The position numbers and the translations under genes are program-made. The notes beneath the pieces are model-generated. The model had not been told where the DNA came from, searched no databases, and worked only from the letters and a program-made list of their open reading frames with translations. A DNA stretch of 64,000 nt from Chrysomallon squamiferum (lineage: Eukaryota > Animalia > Mollusca): positions 6,138,001 through 6,202,000 of the forward strand of contig CM022672.1 of the NCBI GenBank assembly GCA_012295275.1, read 5' to 3'. Below, one piece after another: positions 48,758 to 63,347 of the stretch (its first letter is position 1; each line of letters begins with the position of its first letter).

Positions 48758-49823
48758 TATCACATTTAAAATTGATTAGCCCAATTTCTGTCATAAAGCT
48801 CTAATGTTTTTTGTTTTATTTTATATCACCAAATACAAAATAATAGTATAAGTTTTCTTCCTTCCTATTTTAGATTTATCTTTTTAATCTTGCAGGATAA
48901 GAAGTGATCATAACATTGATAATTCTACAGCGATGTTAAAAGAATGGATATCAGTAATGGAACTGCATTATCACACTATAGATGTCCAGTATGATGAAGA
49001 AAAAATAGGTCAGAAGACTTTAACACTACATAATCATTTAAATCAGTCAGTCTGAGAAAAACTATTAATTAATAGTAGATAAGTGATACATGATCTTGAA
49101 TAGTATTTATAAATATTACCTTAGTCTTAGATGAAGTAAAATGAATGTTCTTATTCAAACAATATTTTAAATATTTCAGTAATTATGTGTGTGTGTGTGT
49201 GTGTGTGTGTGTGGTAAATATTTTTATAATAGTATTCAAAAAGTTGTAAGGGTTATTGTTTACTCAATAATTTCTTTAATATGTCCACAATTTACTACAC
49301 TCAGTGTCTTGATAGGCAAATGCTTTCTGACAATAGTAACATGGTAAGAAATGTCATAATTTTTTATCTTCTTTTTAGCCATCCACTTCAGTTACTTGAT
49401 TTACATAATTTATATTCTAAAACTGTATTGTTTCAGGTTATGAAGATGAAAGATGTCCTTTGGAATGGACAGAAAAGAGATTTGACAATGTGATTCATTT
49501 AAGAGAGCAAGCTTTAAACTATGCAAGGAACATCTGGTCAGATTATTTATTTGTAAGTTATGCTATATTTATGCTACATATTTTTAGGAATAATATGTAT
49601 TTGATTTTAATTTTTTATTTATTATTATTTTTTTAATTATTATTATTATTTTTTTTTTACATTGGTTAAATTGTTCAATCAGAATTGTTTGTGATAAATA
49701 TTACATATATTTACTGAGAAATTAAAAAAAAATGTGTTCAAAATGATACAGAATAACCACATCTTTATCAAATCTGTTGCTTTTGATAGTTATTTTTCTT
49801 GTGAATTTCCTTTTTTATTTTTT

Positions 49824-49854
<31 letters not shown>

Positions 49855-52800
49855 CCAGTTTCTGGATGCTGATGCTATTCTGAATCATACTGATACATTA
49901 AAGATATTAATACAGCATCAAAAGTAAGTCTTTGAAATTTATTTCAGAGATTTTGTGTGTCTGTGTCTGTACATGTGTATGTCTGCCTGGAATACTTCTG
50001 GAACAGAAACCAATTATTTTAATAAGTTATTTCATTTTTTTAATTCATATTTTCTCCTAACAGAGTAATTTTTTTGAGTGTGAGTGAGTATGATGAATGA
50101 TGTATGATTGAAGTTATAGCTGTATGTATTTGGTTTGATTTTAAATAGTCAGTGATTTTTATACAAAGTTCATTAACATTCTTTGATTCCTAACTTACAC
50201 CCTGAACTATTTTGCACTCCTTTTCATTTCATTCTTTCATTTGTTGTTCAGCCTACTTTTTATATTATTTTTATTTTCATAATTTAATTATAATTGCTCA
50301 AGATTCCTGAAAATTATTGATATTTGGAATTTTTTTAGCATTAAGTATGATTATCTGATTATAAAGAATTTTATGTTAGTGTAACAGCCTTATTTCTGTT
50401 TACATAAAATATTGTGCAGTTTTGTTATTTGCAAATAAAAATGGATATGAAAATATTATAATGGTGTATCATTCAATTTATTTGGCAACCTTGGAATGGG
50501 AGATTGCCTAGATTTCTGAATTTTCCAGTTTTCTCTGGACCAAAGACAAGTCTTTCCAGTTTAGATTTCTCTGTACATGTTGTCTTGATAAAAAAAATAT
50601 ATGAGATAGAAAAGATATATAAGCAGAAATGGAAAATTGTAATATTTCATTAAAAAACCAACTCTGAAATTTGAGAAAATTCAGTATTACACTGAATGCA
50701 TAAAGGTGTATATTTGTGTATGTGTGTGTGTCTATATAATATATAGATACATATATATATATATATTTAAAATATAAAATAAACAACTGAAATTAAAGAA
50801 TGAAACTATATTTCACATATTTATAAGTTAATAAAGTTCTAAAGTAAGTCTTTTGGTAATTTAGTTTTTTGGAAGTTTTTAATAAATTCCTAGACAGATG
50901 TATATTTAGTTGTGTAAAGCATTAAAAGAATGAAATCATTTTATTTTTAAATAGAACAATAATCGGACCAATGCTGGACATATCTACTGATGGTGCTTAC
51001 TCCAATTTCTGGTCTGGGATGACTGATGAGGTAAATGTTAAGAAATCTTCGTTTCGAGTATTTAAATAACAAAAAATAAAAATCCTTTTATAAATTTGTT
51101 AATAGTAACGATATCACTGAAATTAGATATGTATATTTTGGAATTTATAGAAAATTGATTGAGACATCAGTATGTATGTGAACAGTTACATGTATAGGTT
51201 TAGATAGAACATTAATTCTTATATCAGTATTTTACATTGGTAAGTAAGATAGATTGTTTTATGACACAGAAGATTATTTGAGATCTCACTGAAATATTTC
51301 ATTATGAATTTGAAACTTAAAAACATCACCTACGTCTTCTATGTTTCAACTATATTTAAAAAAAAAAAAAAATCATTAACAGTCAGTTTCTTCATTACAT
51401 AAATCACAACAGAACTAAATTCCTAGAATGTTTGTGTTAGATTTCAAAGACTGTTTTGAAAAGATATTTAAAAACCTGATAATTTCAGGGTTTCTATGTG
51501 AGGATGCCAGAGTACATGCCCATTGTGAACAGGAAGGAAGTTGGTTGTTTTGCTGTGCCAATGGTGCATTCAGCAGTTTTTATAAACCTTCGTCACAAGA
51601 ATTCTTCAGAGTTGTCGTACCTACCACCGAAAGATTATTATGGTCCTGTTGATGATATAATTATATTTGCTCACAGAGTGAGAGCAGCAGGTGGGTAAAA
51701 TCTCTTGTATTTTATCTGTGTCCTCATTTGTGTATATTTACAGGTTTTTATAAATTTTTACATGGAACTATATGTGATAGGCATGATAATTTTTATTTCT
51801 TACTTTAATATTGTACTGAAATATCCATGTTTAAATGTTTTAGCCAGTGTAATAAATTATCAGTAAGACTGTATCAGGGGTTTATGTGGTGTTTCTGAAT
51901 TTGTAGAGTGAATTGTTATTTCAGATTTATGAATTTCATAATGAAAAAACAGTGGTTATCCCAAGTGGGTGTTTGTATGTTAATGAAGAATGAGATTGCA
52001 TGTGCTTGTGATCTGAATACAAAATGTTTTTAACAACAAACAAGTTAAATATTTATTATGATTATCCTGTGTTTATTTTCAGGTATGACAATGCATGTTA
52101 CCAATGAAGTGTATTTTGGAACTATTCAGATTCCACTGGATTATCCCTACACTCTAGAAGATGAAATAGAATTTTTCAAACACACAAAATTGGAAGCCAT
52201 GGGTAATCAAACAGAAAAGTTAAAAGATAACATAAAAAATGTATTTTTATAATATGAAGCTATAACCTTGAAATAGTTATTCAGATTCAACATTTTATTT
52301 CCATGTGAATTTTCATTATCATTTTATCATATTGGTAGTTTGGTACAGGCAAGCATTTATTTTATTTTATTTTTTTAATGTTGATACCTATTAGTATTAA
52401 CAACACATACATTCAGTCATTCATGTGTTCACAGTAAAGTTTAAATATTTAAAAAATGTAGATATATATATATATTTATATATTGTTACTTACAATAAAT
52501 ATTGAAGAACATTTCATAGCATGAGAGTCATCATATGTTCTGAACATGTTAAATGATGTGTATAGATGTTCTGTTGTCATATTTAAAGATATTCTTTGCT
52601 TTCAGTTGAAGGTCCACCATTGTATGTCTCTCCACATGTGTACAGACCTCCCATTCCCCAAGACAAACTAGGTTTTGATGAGGTTTGTTTTAATTCCATT
52701 CATAATAGACTTATCATTTATCAACCATCGTTTAATAATCTCCAGAATAGGCTGCCTGAGGATAATATGTAAACAAAAATGTTGTTAACTTCAGCAAGCT

Positions 52801-55800
52801 TGTTGTTGAAACAACTAACAAAAAAAAATTAAAATTAGGCATAATTATGAGTTATAAAAATCTACATATGATATGAAAAATTTATTTACTTCAAATTTTG
52901 TATATGTATTAATTACAGTTATCAAATGCTAACTAAATGAAAATTCAGGTATACCAGCTCTCTTCAGCAGGATTATTTGTATGGTCCCAAGTTGATCCAG
53001 TTTAAGCAGGTTCCACTGTAGTAATAACACTTAGTGTATTACAGCTTTGTTCACCATAAAGATGCATTTTGATTAATTAGATGTTTATAAAATTAAATAA
53101 TTATATTTTGACAATGCTGTCACAGTTTAAAAAACAACATCAAAACAACCAAAAAGTCCAGATTGTGTGTCTTTTTAATAATCAATTAGATTTGTAAAAT
53201 AAATGATCTTCTGAAACTAAATTTATAAATACAAGACATTAATAATAGTTTTTTCTGCTGTTTTATTTAAAAGGTGTACATGATTAATTTGTTACGTCGA
53301 CCAGAACGACGGTTTCGAATGAAGCACACACTGTATGAACTTGGTATTGATGCTAAAATCATAGATGCTGTGGATGGACAGTAAGTCTTCCTCTCTGTTT
53401 GATTTCTGTTTGGTATCAGTAACTTTGGAAAAGTGTCAGAACTGGTTACAGATTAATTTATTTATTTCTTGTACAAACATATGAGTGTAAGATTCTGCAA
53501 GCAAAGTGTCAAGTTAAGATTGATTTTTAATTTTATAGGGTAAAACTTCATATTGTAAACGTGAACAATGCATTCTAATAACATGGCATCTAATAATAAT
53601 AATCTACCCATCACTCTTGGCAGGTGAAAAAGATGAATGAGCTATTAAAAATAACGTCGGACCAAACTAAAGGATTTCACTTTGAAAAACTTCTCCTGAT
53701 ACATCCATACAAACACGCAGTTTGTCTTGAACGTAATTAAAATTGTACAGTTCTAACCGGTTGTTAAAAATTTGAAATATGTTTTGTAAATTTATAAGCT
53801 ACAAAGCAGTTCAGTTCTTGTTTGAAAAAAAAGAGTTCAGCAGATTAAAACAAAATCCTTTTTCCTGATTGTTTTTATTTTCAATTTTGACTGTTTCAGA
53901 CAGCTGAATGACTCGTACCTAGAGAGTCTGAATGTTGGCATGTTAAATGGTTATTCTGATCCTTACAGTGGAAGGTGAATTGAAGCTCTGTTCCTTGCTT
54001 GCAGCATGATGTGAATGTATGTTGCTTGTTAGCATAACATTACTTACTTACTTACTTACCTTTCTTAACAGTTTCCATCATTAACATATTTCATGATGTC
54101 AGTGAATACACTGACACTGACAAGCAGAAGAAATCTAAACCAAAGTTCAATTTTGACAAAAGAAAGTATACAAAACTAAAATATTGAAATAGGAAACTAT
54201 ACCAAAAAACCACCAAATTTGAACACCAAACTAAAAGAAACTACAAAACTAAAATTTTGACAAAATGTGGGCAAAAATGAAAAAATTAACAAAAGGAATT
54301 ATATCAAACTAAATAATTTAGAAAAGATATTGTACCAAAGAATAATTATTATATTAGTGAAGAAGACTCTTTGAAAAGTTTATTTCTGTTAAGAAGCATG
54401 TGCCTAAATGTCAAGAAATGAAAATCATATAAACATCTTTATTTTCCAGATGTTTCAGTCTTTTTACACTGTGAAAATAACATTGATACAGATTTCTGTA
54501 ATTATGAATATATATATTATTTTTTAAATTTTTTTTTTTTTTTTTTTAACAAATTTGCTTTATTCAGAAGATAAAATAAATAAGCTTATCACACATTACA
54601 AAATCTTAGCTTTATCTAATGTATTTTTATAAATTTTTATAAAACCATTTTATGATGATCAGTATAAAATGTAATTTTACTTTTAAATTTATTTTCCCTT
54701 GTCTGTCTGCTTGCTGCCATTGCCTTTCTGTGTCTTCCTTTTCTTTGATATGTTTATATTAAATCTTTTACATAGTTATTTTATCTGTCTTCCGACATTA
54801 GCACAGATTTACAATCTGTCATTATTTAGCAACGATATCTTTAAATTCAAATTTTGTTAACATTAGTCATTTGTCAAGAAATATATTTTTGCAAACAATA
54901 CATTTTTTTAATTTGCTATTTTTTATTTTTATGAAAAAAAATCATCCTGGCTCTAGAAAATTATATCCTTTTATCATTAATATGTTTTCAATGAAAACAG
55001 TTCATATGTATGTCAACAGTCATTAGCATTCACACCTGTACAAATTATTATTATTTTTGTTTAGAATTCATAGTTTTTGTTGCTAGTGTATTAAACTGCA
55101 GTTAAAGTTCAGTAATTTTCATTTTGAAACATTATGTTTGGTTTATTTCTGATTTAGAATACAGTTTATTTCATTATTATTTTTAAAATAATTATGTAAT
55201 CTAATGATACAAATACTCCATGCACCTTTCATCTAAATTATTTTTATTGTATAAATCATATTTCTGTTTATAGAGCACTAACCATGGGTGAAATTGGCTG
55301 TTTTCTCAGCCACTACTTTTTGTGGCAGGAGGTGAGGACTGAATTTCATATAATTATTTTACTGAATTGATATATCAACTTTACTTTAAGAATCAGAATA
55401 AGAACACAGAGTTTATTTTTCTTCAGACAGGTAAAAGGTTAATTTTATAATGGTAAAAAAAAAAAAAAAAAAAAAAAAAAGGATTAAAGACAATGATGAC
55501 AGTTTTGAACTGAAGTAAAGTGAATTTAAGTCGTTGTGTATTTGAAATTATTAAAAAAAAATGTGTTTTTTGTAGTTTTTCTCTGTGTGTATGATTGTAC
55601 ACATATGTTCAAACAGTTCTGTAGACAAAACTAAATTACATTGAATACTGAATGTTCTACAGTTTAACAAATATATTAATAATAAATATATAATTCATAA
55701 TGGTTTTAAAACAACCCAAATTGTAACAATATTCTTGTTGAATTCAAGATAACAACATGAAGTTTAATTTTCTATTTTAGATGGTTAAAAGAAATCTTAA

Positions 55801-57473
55801 AAGAGTGATTGTTTTTGAAGATGATGTCAGATTTGAGCCTCAGTTTCGCTTCAAGTTACAGAAAATGTTACATGAAGCTGATACTTATATTCCCCAGTGG
55901 GACCTCATGTAAGTATCTGTAACACACATATTTCTGAATATGCATAGAACAAAACTGGTTCTGTTCTGTTTTAATATAATAATGTGTTTAGGAAATAATC
56001 TTAGAAAAGCTTTAACATCAAGTGTTTGATTTTCCTGGTGGGTTTTTGTTGTTTTTTTTCTTACATTTTTTATCAAAATGATCTGATTTTGCGCATTGAT
56101 GAATTATTATTGAGCAATGTTATATTTGGTAGTTAATTTTATTTAATTTTTAAATATAAATTGTATGACACTTTTTCTGTTGTTGATACTAAGCAAGACT
56201 GGTGTTTCCTGATGAAGTTATGATTCCTATTTAAAAATAATAATTTGGGAACATTATTTTAACAGGGTTTTTTGGGGAGTTTTTTTAAAATTATACTCAT
56301 GGTTATTACAATACACCATATGCTTGATCTTTGCTACAGTACAACACATACATACATATGATGATATTTATGAAGATGCCTTTTATTTAATTTAAGAATG
56401 TTAATGTATATTTGTATTAACAGTTACTTGGGACGTAAGAGACTTCGTCCACGAGAAGAAGCTATGATCAAAGGGACAAACACGCTCTGTTGGCCTCACT
56501 ATTCTTACTGGACTCTCAGTTACCTGTTAACTCTGGAAGGTGCTCTTAAACTACTAGCACAAGAACCACTGACAAAAATGTTACCTGTTGACGAGTTTTT
56601 ACCTATCATGTTTAACAAACACCCCGAGTAAGTGCATTAATACTGTAACTTTTTATAACTGATTAATAGTTACTGGGTAGGTGTAGCATTGTATTAGTAT
56701 GATTTTTAATTATTTAAATCTTAAATTTTAAATTTTTTTATTTTTTTTATTTTTTTGAGAAAATAAACAAGACTCTTGTCATATTTTGGACTACTGGCTA
56801 CCAGTTAACAACAGTGGAATGTTTTTATAACATGTTCTTGTAGATTAGAAACCATAATTTTTGATACACATCTTAAAAGGCATTTTAAATCTTTGCATCA
56901 AGGAAGAAAAAAAATTGGTCTTGTGAGCCACCTTGCATTGACTTTGACATTGTCATTCTTTTTTTCTTTTTTTTTTCATCATCACACCAGATCAGACATC
57001 ACTTGTAATTGGATGATTAGAAAATGTTAAATATTTAATTTATTTTGTTAGTATTATTTCACTTCATTTTGCAGAAACAGCTTCATCTTCTAGAAATTTT
57101 GTTCTTCAGTTATTAAGTGTTAAAAACATTTCTAAAACTGAATTGTTACCCTGTCGGATCTAATAGACATTTTTTGTTTAATCAAATTACAGACTATAAA
57201 AACTAGTTCTAAGATTTGTGTTTTATTTGAAATTTAGTTGTTTGTGTTTTACAGTGTAGAGTGTTTATTTTCAGGAACACCTGGAAGGAGCAGTTCTTTC
57301 CTCGCAATCTGGTTGGTATTTCTGCTGAACCGCTGTTGGTGTATCCCACTCATTATACCGGTGAGCCTAACTACATCTCTGACACTGAGGACTCGAGGAT
57401 CATACCTGAAGACGAAAAAGAAAAAGAAAATGAAAAAGGAAAAGTCGATGTGAAAACCAAAGATGAACTGTGA
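48297..57473 (+). CDS. COLGALT1: Procollagen (hydroxylysine) galactosyltransferase, GT25 family, 14 exons, 594 aa
   Basis: Exons 48297-48541, 48896-49008, 49437-49552, 49859-49923, 50955-51030, 51489-51690, 52083-52202, 52606-52682, 53274-53380, 53900-53974, 55274-55331, 55781-55908, 56424-56627, 57275-57473. All are GT-AG and phase-compatible. Motifs: LVRNKAHSLPCFLG, SDHNIDNS, FLDAD (DxD), YSNFWSGM, CFAVPMVHS, LGFDEVYMINLLRRPERR, GEIGCFLSHY, FEDDVRF, WDLIYLGRK, YSYWTLSY, LPVDEFLP. N-terminal hydrophobic segment and C-terminal KDEL. Confidence 0.96.
52950..53020. mobile_element. Possible solitary end of a Tigger/pogo-like DNA transposon in COLGALT intron 8
   Basis: Ends in GGTTCCACTG|TA, the same terminal signature as the MITE at 61712-62260. 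No matching left end was found. Confidence 0.35.
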
Positions 57474-60400
57474 ATCAATCCACAAAGAATTACGTCTCAC
57501 TGCCGTTTTTGACAACAATCTCTCTTTTAAAAAAACAGTTTAAATCAGATTTTCAGTGATCTGTGGTTTTGGGAACATTTTTTGTTTATTTTTTGTTCTG
57601 TTTGTTTCAACAGATTAAGATTCTGTTGTGTTTATGTCGTAATTGTTTTTGTTTTTGTTTTTGTTTATTTATTTATTATTATTATTTGCAACATTATTTG
57701 ATTATCGTTGTTATTTGTAATGACCTGTTTTTACTCATTTAAAATAAATTTTTAGGGAAATTCATTCAGCTTTAAAAAAAAATGGAAGTATAAAAATAAA
57801 ATCAAAAATATAATAAAACAGATATAAAGCAAAAGCTCCTATATTAGGTTTTCATGTCCATTTGTTTTTAATTGATATTTAATTCACATTTAATTTCTGT
57901 TCTCTTCACATTTCTGTATTCATTTTGGTATGTTAAAATGAAAATACATTATTTAGATACATGTTACGACATTCCTAAACTGAAATAATGTAAAAGTTAC
58001 AGCAAATATACATCCACCATATGTGAAATTCACTTTTATCAATCCATGGTATTAATCAATTACTGTTATTTGTCTTGTTAACAATGTACACTAATTTCTC
58101 AGACATAGTTGAGATCTTGTTTCACATTTCTTAAATATAAATAAACTAATGTAAGTGATTAAATTGTTTATTTTTTTAACATAAGAAAATATTAGATAAA
58201 ACAAAACAAAATGTTTTGTTTTAAATTATGTTTGGGTTTTTTCAAAATATATATTAGTTGTTAAAAATGGCCAATTGGGTAAATGTTTCATCTGCTCAAG
58301 CTCACATCAAGAAAAGTCTAGATTTTGTATTAACTTTTATATGTAGCAAACATTTTAGGGCATTTTTGTAAATAACAAATGCATACAATACTTCATTAGA
58401 CATAGAAAGGTGCTAAAAATTTGTATTTTATTTTTGAATGTTGTTTATTCCAGCACCAGATATTGGTCATAACATGGTGTCCTGCAAAAAAATATTTTTT
58501 AATGCTTTGTTACCAGTAAAATCAATATCTTGCCATAATATTACCTCATTTTGTGTGTATTAATTTGTTGTATTATTTTCATGCAAAACTAATATCAAAA
58601 ACATTTATGAGTATTGGACATGACCTACATATTTTTGTCTTGGTTTGTTTTTTTCATTCTTTTTCTAGTTTGTTTTTGTGATTCTGTATTAGTTTTTTCT
58701 GAAGAGTGAAGTGCAATATAACATTTTATTATTGTAGTTAGAATTTTAACTAGTATTCAGTATGCTTACATAGGGAAGAAACATGTATATTCAAATTATG
58801 TAATGTCTGTTATTTTACAAAATGATCTAATCAAATCCAGTGAATATATATTACACTTACACAGAAATCAAAATTATATTTCTTTTAAATTAGGTACTGA
58901 CAATGATGTTGTTTATTATCATTATAATTATAACTACTGCTTTTTTTATTATTACTGTCATTATCATAATTATTATTTGTTTCTACTATTATTATAAGTA
59001 TTATCCCTATACAAAAAAGAAAATGAAAGGTTTTGGTGGTGTTGTTTTTCTAACAGTGATCACAAAAATAACATAGAGTAGTTTTTATCCATGGACATTT
59101 TTATTTCCAGGCATGAACATTAGATGACTAAGAAATGGTCAGATATAATCATAATTATGTGTTAAATTCCAGATATTTCTTAGAAGTAGAAACCAAAAAG
59201 TTTGAAATTAAATTGTTAGATCATTAATTTATTTGTACAGGAAGTTGTTGAAATGTGTTTACTCTATCATATTCACTAGTCAAATGAAATTGTTATAAAA
59301 CAGTGACTTTATATTATTGTTTAATGGTGTGTACAGAAACCAGAATACTTTCATGTATTGCCTTACTGTGACAAAGCATAAATAGAAAATACAATGTTTT
59401 ATAAATCATTCTTATAATTTATTTAATCTTTATTTTTTGTTATTAGTTTTGTTTTTATTACGACAAAAAATTAGGTGTTTTTTTACATTAATATTTCAAA
59501 ATGTTTTAAATAAGTTATCCATTATATAAGATAATACCAGTAATAATAATTTTTAAAACAGTCACAATAGTACCCATGACAAACACATATTGAAAAAGTA
59601 AGTAGGTGTTAGTAATTAGGTTCAGTAAGCATGTTTTTTGTTGTTGTTTTTTTTTTTTTTATATTTTGTAATTAAGGTCAACAATTTTTTTTTTTTTTAA
59701 ATATAAATAACATTCTAATTAACATATCCTTTCAGAAGTTCATCATTCATAATACATTTTATATTAACTTGACCACATGCAAATATCATTTAGAATATAT
59801 TACTTTTGCCATGTCTTTCATAGCATTTTAATATGAAGAATTTTGTTTTTCTATGGCCAGATTATATACAAGCCATGTCTCAACATGATAATACAATTTT
59901 GTTTGTTCGGAATTACATTCTTATATGTACATACATTATATGATGTATTATTCATTTGGTTCTTGAGCTGTATACAAGCATTTACATACATTAACTAAAA
60001 CATAGTATTCTGAATATACTTGTATAATTATATACTTTGCGCAGAAATGCATAGGACTCAGAATATGTGTATATTAAGAAATTTTTATATACTCTTATTT
60101 TACATATGTAAATCTGAAATCATATATTACAGGTATTTCAGAGTTATGTATAGACTGTCTTCCAAAGATTAATCTGCTTTTACACAGAAAACAGTATGTA
60201 TGTATGTAACAGGGTGATCAGCAAATACTATTAATTTTCATTAAGTATTTATTTGTTTATTTATTTTCTTCTTTAAACCTGTATCCCTTTTAAACTTCAT
60301 TAAAAAGAAAGAAAAAAAATCAATATCAAAAAAATAAGTTAATAATAATAATATTAATAGCAATAAATTGATGATGATGATGATGATGATAACTACAATA

Positions 60401-60723
60401 ACAATATCTATCTATAATATAAATAAATAAATATTAGATATTTTGTTAATAACAGTGTACATTCAGAAAGACTGAGAAGTATGGACTCTTGTCTGTGATG
60501 TCCAAATACACAGTTCATCTCATTTTTAGTATCCATCTATATACACAAGAACAATCCATACATAACATTACTTTTTCAATTTAATGAGGCCTACCATATT
60601 TTCTACTTGTACATTATCACTTGGTCTGGTCTTGAGAATCTAAACAACTTTCTGCTGTTTGTATTTAATAATTTTTCTTTATTTTATTATTAATAAAAAG
60701 ATATAAAGATTTTTTTTATTTAT

Positions 60724-60758
<35 letters not shown>

Positions 60759-61377
60759 CTGGTTGCCCACTTGTGCTTATTCTCATAATATAGGAGATAT
60801 TTTTTGACTTGTATGCAAGTTTCATATGGTGCTGTTTTTACGAAATGATTAATAAAGTTTTTTATATATATATACATATATGTATTTATTGCTTTTGTTT
60901 TTTGTTAAACCGAAATTTATCTTCTCTGTGGGGGATAATGATAATACTAAATAGAATAATCAAATTATCTCCATCACGTTTGTACCAAATAGTAGAATAT
61001 GGAACAAAAAATTTAGTGATTTTGTTCTGCACATGGAATTTTTCTATATTGTATTATATTTGTATTAGGCTGGTATGTATCGTTTTCTGTTGACAAAAAT
61101 CGCAGGAAGTGTATTAAATTAGTCTCGGTATTATCTCAACATTTATCACAACAACAACAACAATAATATAATATAAATATCGACTGAAAAAAAAGTTGCA
61201 AATGCTATCATTATCCACTGAGCTAATTAACTCAAATAACACTTCTGAATTCTATGAGCATGTCTGTATATGCAAGGGAAGTAATCCCGGATTTTCAAAA
61301 AGAGTTACGATTTCTCGAACACGTTGCTAACATCAACAAAATCACATTACCCGATTATTACCGATATGGCATAGATA

Positions 61378-62452
61378 ATGGTGGTTGTGGCTTTACATGT
61401 TATGGCGGGCGCAGGAGCGAAACCTTTTGTTGACGCCAAACTTCTGCAGAGGAAAGTTGTATTGTTTACAAAAAGATATTGTCCCGATTCCAAATATGCA
61501 CGATCTATTTTAGACCAGTATGAGCTTCCTCCCGATGTTTACGAAGTTGTGGAGATAGAACGACGTCAAGATTGCCCGCAGATTGAAGATTATTTCCAAA
61601 TTCTTTGTCTTACGGATTACAGATCGGTATAATCAAAATATTATATTCTGTGTTTAATATATACGAAGTTCTGACCTTAACTTTATTTTATGCATTTAAG
61701 AATTTTTGTTACAGTGGAACCTCCGGTTACGAACATACTTCGTTCCATAACTCAGTTCGTAAACCGAAGCGATGTCAGACACACGAACGCCACTCTCATG
61801 TTTTGCAATTTCTTTCTTAACTCTACTGTGATACGTTTATACTTTCATCCAGCATTACTGCTTTCATTTTTTGTTTTCTTGGGCGCCATATTGGATAGGG
61901 TATAATAAAAAATATATACATAAAATCAGCAACACTTTTAAAAATGCGAGCGCTTAATCTCAGTGCAAAAGCTATTGAGCTGCAATTGCGTATCGAAGAC
62001 TAAAGGCCCTAATTTCATGATATATATTTGCTATAGGGCATGCCTATAATCCTTACTTTGACCTCGGTTTTGACTTAAGCATCTATTTTTATCTTTACTA
62101 GATGTTGACGTCAAAACCGACGTAAAAAAAAAAAAAAAGTTTGTCATGGCGCGTCGGCTGTAGTTCGTAACTCGGCACATTATTCGTAAACCGAGACAAA
62201 AATTGCCCAAGATCACGATTTCTTCGTGCTTCGAGGCGATCGTAACCCGAAATTCCACTGTATTTAAAAAACAAGAAGAAAACAAAAACAAAACAGTCAC
62301 TTATTAGAACTGATTATCTGTTAATCATTTATCAAAAGGATTGCAACCTCTTCTTTTTCTTCTTTCTTATTATTATGATCATTTCTATGATGGGATACAA
62401 TCATTAGGTTTAATATGATCATCAAATTAATAATAATTTTTTTTTTTACTGA

Positions 62453-62512
<60 letters not shown>

Positions 62513-62613
62513 AGGTACCACAACTATTTGTTGGTGGAAAATATATTGGCGGCTGGAAAGAAATACCCAGACTGCATGAAGAAGGAAAACTGCGGGAGAT
62601 TCTTGATGGCTAA
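61378..62613 (+). CDS. Glutaredoxin (class I-like fold, monothiol CPDS), 2 exons, 115 aa (107 aa from the alternative ATG at 61402)
   Basis: Exons 61378-61626 and 62515-62613 joined by a phase-0 GT-AG intron. Motifs KVVLFTKRYCPDS, SVPQLFVGGKYIGG and LHEEGKLREIL are typical of glutaredoxins. AATAAA at 62661. Confidence 0.9.
61712..62260. mobile_element. Non-autonomous Tc1/mariner-superfamily (Tigger/pogo-like) MITE in the glutaredoxin intron
   Basis: Flanked by TA on both sides (61710-61711 and 62261-62262). Terminal inverted repeats CAGTGGAACCTCCGGTTACGAAC and CAGTGGAATTTCGGGTTACGATC match at 19/23. A subterminal motif TTCGTAAACCGA occurs near both ends. No transposase ORF. Confidence 0.85.
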
Positions 62614-63347
62614 TTTACTTAAACATATCATTTAATGTATTTTTTGAAATATGCATATTTAATAAACAAATTCCTAATTTCAAAGAAAAGCAATCCTTAT
62701 AAAGATCTTAATTAACAAAAAAAATAAATAAAAATCACCTGCCATTTAATTTCATATTAACTGGTTTTTAGATATTAGTATATTTTTTTTCTAAAAGAAA
62801 AATAATATATGGCTGAATATTATAAATTGTGAAAAATTAGTTTAACTGTCAACATGAATTTACTATAAATACATTTAAGAAAAATATGTTTCAGAGCGAT
62901 ATTTAAATTAAACTTTTGTGCACACTCTGTTTGTTTATTGTTAATGTTGAAATGAATTCAGTGTAAATAGTTGAACCTGTTATTTTTATTGCTGAATAAA
63001 ACATGTTACATAAAACAATTGTTTAAATTTATATACCATTAAAAATTATTTTATTTTATTATTAGTGTGTTTTGTGTGTGTGAAATACAATGTTAATTAT
63101 TATTACAAACAAACAGTAATAGTAACAACAATTCCGTGCAGTTTGGTGGTCTTTTTTCTGCCCCCTAATTGTTAATATGAAAGCACTCATAAATGATTGT
63201 ACAAATTAAAATAAATTAAATACAAAAATACTATTTGTTGTGTCTAAATTTATATTAATAAAAAATTTAAATCAACTCAATAATACCAGAATGAAAATTT
63301 TATTTACAAAAGTCCTGAAAAATGTAATAACTGAAATTTTAAAAAGT

